Positions 52,580-64,000 of a DNA stretch of 64,000 nt are shown here, piece after piece. This DNA is from Octopus bimaculoides. Its lineage: Eukaryota. Each line of letters begins with the position of its first letter. The stretch's first letter is position 1. The stretch covers positions 81,761,809-81,825,808 of the forward strand of contig NC_068990.1 of NCBI RefSeq assembly GCF_001194135.2. The letters are read 5' to 3'. Under the pieces are notes generated by a model that worked only from the letters and a program-made list of their open reading frames with translations, was not told where the DNA came from and searched no databases. Made by a program: the position numbers and the translations under genes.

Positions 52580-53010
52580 TAAAGTTAGCCCTGTGTATGA
52601 TATATAACAAAAACTGTGTTTATATGTGTGTATATTATGTAAATGAGACTGTTTTTGGTGTAAAATTTGTAATGGAAACTGTTTATAATATTTGATAAAA
52701 AAAAATAGTACTGTGTGTGTTATATCTGAAGAAAGCTGTATAATTTGTGATGAATACTGTGTTTGTAACATCTAATAGAAACTGTGTTCATGTGTGTATA
52801 TATATGTAATGAAAACTATGTTTATGCAAAGGAAATTGTTTAAGTGTATATGATATGTAATGAAAATGGTGTGTATATAAATCTAATAAATATTATGCAA
52901 ACTGTTTTCAAGTGTGTATAATATGTAATGAAAATTGTGCTTGTATTTCATGTGTATGTGCTACATAGTAAAAAATGTGTGTGTATGATATCAAAATGAA
53001 ACTATCATTG
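52580..53010. repeat. Degenerate 30-40 bp minisatellite
   Basis: Recurrent gtgtat(g)atatgtaatgaaaactgtgttt-like units. Confidence 0.65.
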
Positions 53011-54324
53011 CTGAAATAAACTAATTCTAAACTGAACATTACTAACAATAGTTGACCCATAAAACTGATCATAAAACATATCAGTGTTTACTCATCAGGC
53101 TGCCTACAGAAGTAAAATACCTTAGATCTGGGTGACATTCAAAGATCAACAAAAGTCCTTTACAAGATTTTGGGTTGTTACTTAGCTCCATTACATTAAT
53201 AGACCTCTGATCAAAAATATTAAGGCTTTTTATCTGTAACCATCCCTACTTTTCTGATTGAGTGTCTCAGATTATACTGAACGTGTCCTTCTCTCTTGAT
53301 AGAAAGTACCAAGTGATTTGAAAGAGATTTAGCTGCTTTTTCTAGCAGGCTGAAGGAAAAATGAGTTTAAGTCATTTTGGCATCCAGTTACATAAACATG
53401 TGTAGCTGATATTAATCAGTTAATTTGGAAATTGGCTTCTAATTTTGCCCCAAACAATTTTTCCTTGTCAGCTTTATGCATGTAGTGTTTGCTTTAAATT
53501 TCCAAGGCCTTGTTTTTAAAAGTTCTTTTGTAGGATATGAGAAACCCAGTTGAAAATCTTCTGGTGTCAATCCAACTGGTTACTATCAGTCAGTGGCTAC
53601 TAATACGCAGGATAAACCAGTTTGACTAAAGAAATTCTGATTCAAATCTTGTTACTTATTGTATTTGCTAAATACTACCCAAATGGAATCAAACTACATT
53701 AACGTAATCCTAGTTTGTATGTGTGTGTGTATACATACACACATATATAAAAAACATCCAAGAGTCTGTAAGTCAGGAAAAAATGCACTCGTAGATCTGT
53801 CAGTAAAGTGGGTATATTAATCGAAGTGTACATGGATATATAATACTGTACACTTTGATTAACACACACAAACATTCACATTTCAGACAGATAGAATAGC
53901 TTGTCGTATTTTCTGTGCTCTGAGTTTAAATCCTGTTATGGTCAGCTTTGCCTTTCATTTTTTTGGAGTGAAAAGTGAAAAAGTATCAATCCTGAGCAGT
54001 GGAACTGTTAAGGAATCTGATGGGATACCTTGCAGTGGTTCTTCCGGCATTTGCATTCTGACAGCAACATCTGCAATGACACTGGTGTCAAGCTGCATTG
54101 GCCATTTTAACTAGTGTATTTAGGATTTAGGTTGCATGTGTGGGCAACTGCTAGTCTTACACAAATAAACCTTTTCCAGGACTGCTCAGGCACAGACAGA
54201 TATATGGTCAACCTTGACTGGTGGAGGTAAAAGTTTTGATGTAACTGTCAACCTTTTTTTGTAAAGATAGTGCACATGCACACATGCATGTGTGTTTAAC
54301 TATACTCATGTGTATATATATATA

Positions 54325-54550
54325 TAATCAACATCGGCACCATTTAGCATCCACTGTCCTTGCTGGCATGTGTTAGATAGATGGTTTGACTGGAGCTGAT
54401 AAGCTGGAGAGCTGCACCAGGTTCCAGTCTGATTTGGTATGGTTTCTATGGCTGGTTGCCCTTCCTTATGGCAACCACTCCAGGAGTGTAATGGGTGCTT
54501 TTATGTGCTACTGGCACAGGTGCCATTTACATGACACTGGCAATGACCAT
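54325..54550 (-). mobile_element. RTE-tail SINE (diverged)
   Basis: Same orientation and layout as 4031-4310. Confidence 0.7.
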
Positions 54551-57481
54551 GACTAATGTATATGTGTATATGTATGTGTGTGTGTGTAGCAAGAGAGAGT
54601 GAGAAAAAAATTTGGTAAATATTTGTGTTTAGAAATGAAGGAAAGAGTACTTACTACATGGAGTTTGTACATTTTGTTTGAAGCTGAAGCTTCTGAGATC
54701 ATTATTCTAAGTTTCACATTATTGATTCAAGCAAATAATTGATAATGTGAAACTCAGTGAAATGGTTCAAAAAGCTTCTTATAGATAGATAAATGATTGA
54801 TAAACTGACAGATACTGTTTTAGTTTTCTTTTTTTCATATATATCTCTAAAGTGCTCAATGCACATTCACAGGAGTCTCATATATGTTAAAACCCTGTTG
54901 ATATATCCATCCTCTGGTTTCATTTTGGTCTCCAGAAGTTTGGACATGGCAATCTTCAGCAAACTTTTGTTTTGCTGAAGTTGTTGAAGCTTTCACAAAT
55001 CACTTAGTACTTTAGAATGATATTAGAGCTTCACAATACAATCACATTAAAAACAATTCCAATATTTGATTTACTTTCTCTGTCAATAGCTATAATTGTT
55101 AAGTGTTTTGTAAAACACTTTCTTAAAACAATGTTTATGCTTCTGGAAACTTAGAAATCTAACTTTATTCGGTATGCTGTTTTCTTGTGTAATAGTTCAT
55201 TTATTGTATGAAGCTAAAGTGTGAACTTGATAAGAATTATCTAAACACAGTTTCTATCTATCCTTATTGTAGTAATGCTGTCAGTAAATAGAATACCTTA
55301 GTTGCTCAGAAACTTGAAAATGATAAGCTTTTTAGCTTAAAGTTACTAGAACTTTGGTTCCTTAGAGAAGGGTTTCTTTTTATTTATTTACTTTTTTTCT
55401 ATAACAAATGATATATCTAATCCAGAATGTGTGAAAGAGATCCAGAAGCTCAATATTCTGAATACTTTAGTTGCAGTGGAAACTTAGGTATTTTTGTCTT
55501 TTCTGATTTTTACTGACTTATCTTTATTTAATTTCTAATATACGACTTCCAAAGATTGGCATAACAATGTTTTTTGAAAAATTTGTGCAGTGTGGTTGTT
55601 TATCCTTTGAAATATATATTTTCAAAGTTTGTATTATTGTATCACTTGGGATTACTTTCAAACAATCTAACATTTTATCTGTTGCAAGTATGTTTTAATG
55701 CCAAGTGAAAAAGTATTTTTTAACCTAGAAAATTTTTAGCCCTCTATATTTACAGTTTTTTCAAGAGTCGTAACATTGGTCATGTGATCACTTTAGTTTT
55801 TTTTTTTTTAAAAAAGAAACTATGGCTGGGGTATTGATCTTGTGTTCATTAGTTCAAATCAATGCCATGTGCTTGTGGGTAAGATGCATTACTATTTTTG
55901 CCATAGTTAGCCTATTTGACAAACAAGTTCTATTTGGTCATGATTTAATGGTTAAAGTTAGGCTGTGTACCCTAGCCATTTGTTGAAAAAATTGCCTTAG
56001 CAACATGCTAATGACTAAAAATTACAATTCATAAAAGACACACTGAACACAATTATGTCAGGGTAAAAGGGATGAGAGGAAATGTTTTGGGTTTTGAGGA
56101 AGGTTCATAGTGACCATTTCAATGCTGAAAGTTTCACTGTAGATTTAGATGGCTGCTCACCTCATTAATAAATATCTATGAATGTCCCAAAGTTTCAGTA
56201 TTTTATATATATATATTTTTTTTTATTTGGGATTTCCTAATTCTTATGTTGAGATTACTAGGAAGTTTAAGAAGTTAAGTTAAAGGATTATTAAAGTTAG
56301 TTACAGTGTAATTTTTTTTTACTATTTTATTTTCATTTAGTTTTATAGATTCGAGCATATTTAAAGCTGTTAATAATTCTATATTGTGGAAGAGCCATGA
56401 TAGTCAAGTTAATTTATATAGTTATGTTCACTTTTGTTTTCTTTCTGATCATATTATATACTATAATGTCATCAAGTTTTCTTGTACATTTATGACCTGG
56501 TCACTGGCACAACATAGAACATGTTTTATCTTCTGTGATTTGTGTATTTAGGATTTCTTTGACCAGCATCCTATAAAATCATGATCTCCCCTATCTGTTG
56601 TCTTTTTCTACTGAAATTCCACTTTATCAAACAAGTTATTAAAAGATTTCTCTAATTATGAACACTTCAGTCAGAGTGGTTTGAGAGTGTATTAGTAACA
56701 TAAGACAGAGAGAGTTATAATTGAAGCAGTTGAATTCAGCTAATTCAATAATTAAGCAAAAAATGGGGTTGAATATTTTTGTTAGATTATACTTTCTCTT
56801 CAGTTTCCTATTTTGTCTTTTGTCTTCCATTTATATTTAATTATTTCTATTCAAACTATCAAATTAAATTTATATTTTAAATTTAAAAAAAAAAAAATTA
56901 GAACGAAAATAACAGCCAATCAAATATTATAATTCAAGATATTTCAGTTATAATAATGTATCATTGAATGTTATCTGTTATCAAGTTGCTGTTGCATTAT
57001 ATGGTACAAATGAATACATGCTGAGCTGTATGTAAGGTTGTGTTATTATTGACTTGTGTTGGTTGTGGATGTTCTCTGTGTTATAGTGGACCATTCCTAC
57101 ACACATATGTATACTTACCTCAACTATCTTTCTGGAAATGATTGGCTCAGAAGGAGTGTAAGTGAAAATAGTTTCTTAACATTATTCTCGTTTTAGCCTT
57201 GTCATATGTCTTTAGCGTTTGGCCCACGTTGGGTTGGTTTATTTAAGTACATAATATTTTTGTTATTGATGTTTCACTCTCACCACAACTCCCTTTCTTT
57301 CTCACACACTATTTTTAACATTCGTTTGCACAATATTTTTACAGGTACAAGAGAACTTCAATGGGAAAAGTATAGGACTATCAAGTTCTTTTTAAAATAT
57401 CTTCTGTCAACTGTATATCATATATAATAACTGACACTCTACATATGTTGGATGGCGTTTTTCATCTCTGTCTTTCAAAGT

Positions 57482-57698
57482 TTAACCCTTTAGTGTTTAA
57501 ACTGGCTGTATCCGGCCCAAATATTATGCTCAAACTGGCCAGAACCAGCCTCTCACACCTGCCCTGCAATGTCATTCTAAAAATAAGCAATTACGTCTTT
57601 CCTATCTTGAAGCTACAAAATAATATCAGATAAATTTTTTTAAATGTGAATAAATAAGGATTACTTTTGACAAATTAATCTGAACACTAAAGGGTTAA
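57482..57698. mobile_element. piggyBac-like MITE, family A, intact termini
   Basis: Perfect 16-bp inverted ends including TTAA (TTAACCCTTTAGTGTT and AACACTAAAGGGTTAA). Confidence 0.85.
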
Positions 57699-58174
57699 AA
57701 AGTCATATTAGCAGATGTTTACCTTTTAGTTTTAATCTTAGATCATTAAAAATAAACTAAACATATAAAAAAAAAAAACTATTTTTCTTTAATATATTGT
57801 CAGAAACTCCTATGGAGCTGCTAAGAAACTGGATTTTTCTCATTGAATGAAATTATAGCACTAATTTGATCCTAAAAATATAATTTATAAATAAGCAAAA
57901 AAAAAAAAAAAATCAATAGAAATAATTGCTTTTATTATTTCTGTCCTACATGATTAGATGGTATGAAAGAAGCAGTAAATTTAGTTAATAGAATATGAAA
58001 CCAAAATTAAATTGTTAACTAGAATAGCTTCATTTTGCGACTTGGCATGTGCATTCCCAAATTTTGCCCAATTCTCTACTACTTTGAAGACACTATTCCT
58101 AAGGAAGAAATCACAGTTATCTTCTGATTGTTTGACTACATATCTTCCAAAGACAGGTTTTGATCAAGACATTT

Positions 58175-58396
58175 CAATGTTTTAGCTTTTAAACCAGCCA
58201 TCTCCAGTCCAAACATTCAACTTGTTTTATATTCAAACCGACTAGATCTGGCTTTTACACACCTACTCTACGATGTCATTCTAAAAATAAACAATCACAT
58301 CATTGAAATCTCAAAGCGTTGAGATTATGCATGATTAATTTGAAACAAGGTGGATAGATAAGTATTACATTTGAGAGAATAATCTAAAGGGCTAAT
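58175..58396. mobile_element. piggyBac-like MITE, family A (eroded)
   Basis: Shares atgtcattctaaaaataa.caat and the ...taaagggctaa end with 57482-57698. Confidence 0.6.
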
Positions 58397-59044
58397 AGAG
58401 GACATGGCATTATTACATTATGATACTCTGAGTTTTAGGAAATTTGGATCTGTACAGGCCAAGTTTCAGTGAAACTATTCCCAATTAGCTACTGAATCTT
58501 GGTCTTTAATTCTAATAGTAAAATTCACTAATTCTTCAATACTATCCCATCACAGAGGACAGAAATAATAAAAGCGATTATTTCATAGGTTTTTTTTTTT
58601 TGTTTGTTTGTGTGTGGTCAATGCCATACCGTATTCAGTTTGAAAATCTAGTTCTCTGCAACTTCATGCTTATTTTGGCAATATACTAGACAAATGTAAA
58701 AAAAAATAATAATTTTTTTTAATGTTCAATTCATTTTTAGTAATCTATGATGAAGACGTAAATGGTAAATATTTATTATCCTCTGTTCTTTTAAACTTTG
58801 AAAGACACAGTGATGGGAAAATGCCATCCAAATCTTACAATTAACAGGGCATGTGGTGTGTCTGTCATCATATCTGATATACAGTTGACAGATCTTTTAA
58901 AGAGGAACTAGAGATTTCTTTTTTTTTTTTTTTCCAGTTGATGTTTTATACTTGTAAAAATATTCTGGGTAAGGAAGGCTGTTAAAAAAATGTGTATAAG
59001 AGGTGTAGTGGGGTGAGAGACATCACTAACAAAAATACTTCTGT

Positions 59045-59340
59045 GACGACTCACTTATCAGTTTCGATGTATGAGTGAACAGCTGTCGATCAACTGAATG
59101 AACTACTCATTGATTCAACATGCAAGGTGGATGAGTATTCCATGGACACGTTTACCCTTGATATAATTCTAGTGTGACCCTTTGAATTGCAAACATAATC
59201 CTTCCACTGGTTTCTGTAGTTTCCCCTTCCCAATTTCACTCACAAACTTTAGTCCACGTAAGGCTTTGGTAAAGACATTTGCCTAAGATGTCACACAGAA
59301 TCAAACTCAGAACCTCGTGAAGTGAATTCTTTGATTACTC
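59045..59340 (-). mobile_element. Decayed SINE family D piece fused to a family A piece
   Basis: gtgtgaccctttgaatt and neighbouring segments match 33700-33835; aatttcactcacaaacttt...gacatttgcctaag matches family A. Confidence 0.5.
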
Positions 59341-59507
59341 AGAAGCGTGCATTTAACTCGTGATAGACACACAAAAAAAAAAAAAAAAACACTGGTGTAT
59401 TGCATATAGTATACCTGGGCATCTCGTTTGTTTGAACACAGCTAATTTTTTCCAAAGAGACGGATTGAGAAAAGATGATCTGAGTAGTGGTCTGGGGTGT
59501 ACATGCA

Positions 59508-59559
<52 letters not shown>

Positions 59560-59884
59560 TACACACAAACACACACACATACACACACACATGTAGGTAC
59601 AGTGATTTTGTAGAGTAGTAGAGCTCATAAGCAGCAAGACATACCTATAATCTATTAATTAAAACGTGATAGAGAGGGGGAGGGGGAGAGAGAGAGAGAG
59701 AGAGAGGTGGGGGAGAGCTTTAGTCCATTAGCCTCTGTATAAAAGTCTGTTAGAAATGTATGAAAATGTAGAGCATACATAAGGGATACCTTTATGTAAA
59801 TGTTTGACTGAGAAAGAATGGCAGGTGTGGCTGTTAAATGTCAGGTGAACCTAGAGAAAGGTAGGAGTTGTAGTAGTAGTTACC

Positions 59885-59985
59885 TTTTATCTTTTACTTG
59901 TTTCAGTCATTAAACTGGCCATGCTGGGACACCGCCTTGAATTTTTAGTCGAACGAATCAACCCCAGTATTTATTTTTTAAGCCC
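59885..59985 (-). mobile_element. SINE family A, tail part only
   Basis: ttttacttgtttcagtcatt...ggccatgctgg...accgcc matches 4576-4660. Confidence 0.7.
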
Positions 59986-60215
59986 GGTAGAATGGCATTG
60001 TAGAAAAGGGAATTTAAGTTTAAAGGATGAGGGGACAAATAAATCATTTTCTATCTGTTTTCTGTACTGACCTGTGTTCAGTGGTTTGACAGGGTCTGAC
60101 GAACTTTGTATGTGAAATCATTGTTTAGCTACTGGTCAGCCCTGATCAGTGGCATTTTGGTATTGACCATCTCCTCTTTTATTTCAGGTACAGCATATCT
60201 GGCTCTACCTCGTCC

Positions 60216-60244
60216 AACCCTAACCTTAACCCTAACCCTAACCC
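60216..60244. repeat. Short interstitial (TAACCC)n telomere-type array
   Basis: aaccc taacct taaccc taaccc taaccc, inside a family B copy. Confidence 0.7.
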
Positions 60245-61339
60245 TTTCTACTTTTACAAGGTAGTCTCTACTTTGGGAAAGATTTGAGATTTCGTTGCTT
60301 TCTTTCTAACAAGTTGAGCTCCTCTGTACAGGTTCTCTTATTGAATCCTGGTAGCATAGAGTTTAATGTTGTGCTGAAACATGCTATCAAATGCTGTTGA
60401 ATCACATATGTAGAAGCAAAACAACCGTCTATATTTTACACTTGTTATGGCGAACATATTAGATCAAGTGATCATGTACAGGCTTCCTTAATGGCTTGTG
60501 CTGTATTGAAAATGTGGAAATTTATGTACATTAAGACCAGGCTAGCATAAGAAGCCTGTGAGAATGACAATGAACATCTCACTTCTATTAAATACACCAG
60601 AACAACTCATTATGAGAATAACCATACTTCTTTTGAAGTGGTAGAAAGCAGCTTTTGGTTGTTCTGTGTACCCTTCTTAGCAAGTGACATGGAAATAGTG
60701 GTATTGTATTGGTAGCATTCTATGGGGTTCTTTTTATTTGTTGGATAAGAATGAGCTTTGTTTTCCTAATCTTTCCATTTGTTTTACAATTGTTTTTCCA
60801 TTCAAGTATTGGTTAGACAAAAATATTCTCTTGAAGCAGTTTTTTTTTTTTTCTTGGCAGATGCCCTTCCTGTCACTACCCAACCTTATTTTTCTTTTTT
60901 TGCAAGTCAGTTATATTTTTACTCTGTACATCTTTGAAATTTCAAAATCAGTGGGCAACCCACGTGCAAGGGAAACGACAACAAAGTCACTGGCTGTAGC
61001 TGATTTAGAAGGGTCTTTTAAATCCAATTCACCATAAACTTAGCATTGCTGTGTTTTGAACAAATTATAATAAATACTTTGAAATGATTATTTATTCATT
61101 TCAAAATAAAAATAACTAAAAAGACAAGTATGTAATGAGTCTTTGTACTGTTTGTAACAGAGTTAGTTGTGACCATAGAGGAAGGAATTTCTGTACAGCT
61201 TGTAGCATTTTCTGCATTAATGTACAACATGCAATGCATGCCTAAAATACAGAAATGAGTGCAAATAATGAATGCAATATCTATACAGTACGAAGTACAC
61301 TGAATATAGCTTGTTAACAATGTAACAGGCTTTTGTTGT

Positions 61340-61590
61340 TTTTGGTGTATATGCAGACATAGTCACCCCTTGGTCTCCCTACCCATGACCCAGTGGTACA
61401 TCCAGGATGTCACAGTCAGAGGAAGAGAGACTTGCACCAGTACCTGGTAGGTATTCATTTGCAGTTGAGTAGATTGGAGCATTATGAAAAGATATGCCTT
61501 GCACAAGGGCATGATGTGCTGCCTGGTCTAGCAATTGAACCCTCAACCTTTTGATCATATATTAAATGCCTTAACCACTAGGCTATGCAC
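61340..61590 (-). mobile_element. Diverged tRNA-derived SINE
   Basis: Ends ...aattgaaccctcaacc...ccttaaccactaggcta, the reverse complement of a tRNA-like head with A and B boxes. Confidence 0.55.
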
Positions 61591-63059
61591 TTTCACAATT
61601 CCATTTTATGAGAGCCTGCTGGAAAGAAGGTACATGCCTGCTATATCTACTCTACTTAAATTGTAAGGTTTTGATTGCTCTAGTTTAAAGTTCTAGGAGT
61701 TGTTTCTTGCTTGGAGTAGTTATGTTGTTCAAAGAGGTAGAATTGTGCAAAGTGTGAAGCTTGTGTTTCTGTGATCAGAGGAACAGAACAGGGAAGGGAA
61801 TCATGGATGGTGGTAGCTCTCGTAAGGAAATTATTCACGCAATGCTTGACTTCGTATTAAAGTAGAGAGACTTGAGACAACTGTTGAGCTGCCATGAGAG
61901 AGAGAGAGAGAGAGAAGGTGATGGGGGCTGCAACAAGTAGGTCCTAGAGAAAGCAGGGTACTGACACTGTAAACTCTTAAGAACTGATTTGATTGTGATC
62001 GTGGTTGAATAGTTGAGAAGATATTGTGAATTGTGGAAGCTACTTATATTTGAACTGATAGAATTTAAGATAGAAATGATGTGGAGGGATAGAAAACTGT
62101 GTTATCTACATAGGAATTCTTCTATCATGTTATTAGTTTCACTTATTTGGACTGCAGCTGTGTTGTGCAACTGTCTTCAAGGTTTTATTCGTAGGGTTAG
62201 GAACACCTCACTTGTAGGTGATATTTTACCTAGATTCAAATTTGAAGCTACATTTTGATGAAAACGGTAACAATAAATGACAAAAAAAATAAACAAAAAC
62301 ATTGTTTTCTCTTAAAAAAGATTAATTTTATATAAGTCACATACTTATGAATTAATTATTTTTTTCTCAGTATAGATACCACCTAAAAGATTCTTATTCG
62401 CTTGCAGTTCAGCTTTAGTCTTATAATGGTTCCACCACCCAACACCCCAGCCTTGATTTAATGGATTGTTTGATCCTGGTACTGTCTTGTATTTATATTA
62501 TTTACCTCAGAAACAAGAAAAGCAGGTTTTGAACTCAGAATGTTAAAGGATGTAACTAAATAACACAAAAGTCTTTACCTGGCACATCTACTTATTCTGC
62601 CCATTCACAGTGTATAACACTGTCTATTCTACTGATTTTTCTCTATGGGCAAGGTTATTGGTGATTGATAGAAGGTCATTGATGAAAAGAATTGAGGAGA
62701 TGACATCTCTTTGGGGACCACCAAAATTGATAGAATGAAGGGAATTGTGATGAATACTGTCTGAAGATGCTTCATATACACACTAGTTTTCCTACTACAT
62801 TTTACATTATTATTTCACTTCAAATATTGATTTCTCTCAGACACAGCGATTCAGATTTATCACCCACCTACACGCATATACATACAAGAATTATGTTGTT
62901 ATGACATTCATACCTCTCTCAAGAACAATGAGATGGTATTTTTTTAAAATCTTATTCCCTATCAATTTTAAGCTACATAGCAAGATAAATACCCAAATAG
63001 CCGAGTCAAAGAACTTTCCATTGGTCACCGTTTCCATCTCTTCTTCTAGAATCAATGGA

Positions 63060-63077
63060 TAAATAATAATAATGATG

Positions 63078-63119
<42 letters not shown>

Positions 63120-63140
63120 GTAATAATAATAATAATAATC
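63060..63140. repeat. (AAT)n microsatellite
   Basis: Near-perfect AAT run. Smaller runs at about 23235 and 38340. Confidence 0.95.
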
Positions 63141-63230
63141 TTAAAATGCAAATAGATTAATGTTGACTAACTCCCTGCTAGCCCTAACTGAAGAGTCCCT
63201 ACTTCAGCCATGAATATGTTTTTCTCTTTC

Positions 63231-63263
<33 letters not shown>

Positions 63264-64000
63264 AGATACAATGTATAGAACTTCATTATATCTAAAGAGT
63301 CTTTCCTATCATGCTTTAAAAGACTTTTTTTTTTTTAAATCAGTGAAGTATGAATTAAGAGAGATTTGGTTACTACTTCTAGCATGTTAAGAAACCATGT
63401 AGAGAATCCCTCATTGGAACGTAAATAAATTCTTGCTAAGGTGTTTTCAGTCATTGGATTATTTCTAGGGTGGAGGGGAATTGTTGACGTGAATGTTTAT
63501 TGAGATATTCTGCCGTCAATAACATGATAAATGTAGTTGTTTGAGAATGGTCATTGTGAGACAAGGTGGTGGTGGCTGTGGAAGGGGTATTAATTTGAAC
63601 ATAATGCTTTAATTAACATTTAGCCTTTTATTATTTTTATTTTAAAGTAAATAGTGTATTGAAAGATGATCAATACATGAAAGAAATTGTATTTTAGTTA
63701 GTGCGTGTGTGTATGTATTCTTGCAGTGAGTGAGTGAGTATGTATGTGTGTATGTAGCAAGGTATTGGTATAAAATCTCTTGAAAGCAGCCATTTAATAA
63801 TAATGTATAAACAGTTTCACTGGCAGTTGTTAACATTGTTTCATGTCCTAAAGCACATTCTCCTGATATCTCTTAAGAATATATTAAGCCCGTAGAACCA
63901 CATAGTAACTGCTATGCAAATATGTTTACACACACACACACGCACACACACTGTGAGAGATCTTTCTATGATATATATGTAGAATTGATATGCATACAAC

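Noticed and set aside
58918-58974. Poly-T CCAG acceptor with a GTAAGG donor 31 nt later
   Set aside because: Not a multiple of three, and has an in-frame TAA in phase 1.
63232-63390. Long poly-T then GCAG as the Ig2 exon acceptor
   Set aside because: Lies in a family B repeat copy; the translation has no Ig features and there is no donor.

Overview
AT-rich animal genomic DNA, dense in microsatellites, with four N-gaps at (TA)n runs. The repeat families look like coleoid cephalopod (Octopus-type) SINEs, MITEs and LINEs; this is recognition from memory, not a search. Only one host exon is well supported: a 294-nt phase-1/phase-1 exon (37877-38170, +) encoding an Ig-I domain that closely resembles Ig1 of a LAR-family (type IIa) receptor tyrosine phosphatase. 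No signal-peptide or Ig2 exon could be identified, so most of the window is probably very long intron or upstream sequence. The rest is decayed mobile DNA: two internally deleted mariners with TIRs, pogo/Tigger-like and piggyBac-like MITEs, several SINE families, and RTE, CR1 and Penelope-like relics. The leads most worth following are a hammerhead-like core in a Penelope-type fragment nested in a mariner, a microhomology-flanked templated insertion into a SINE, two pre-miRNA-sized hairpins, candidate micro-exons, and an unusually basic Ig1. I see no clear evidence of a new multi-gene system.
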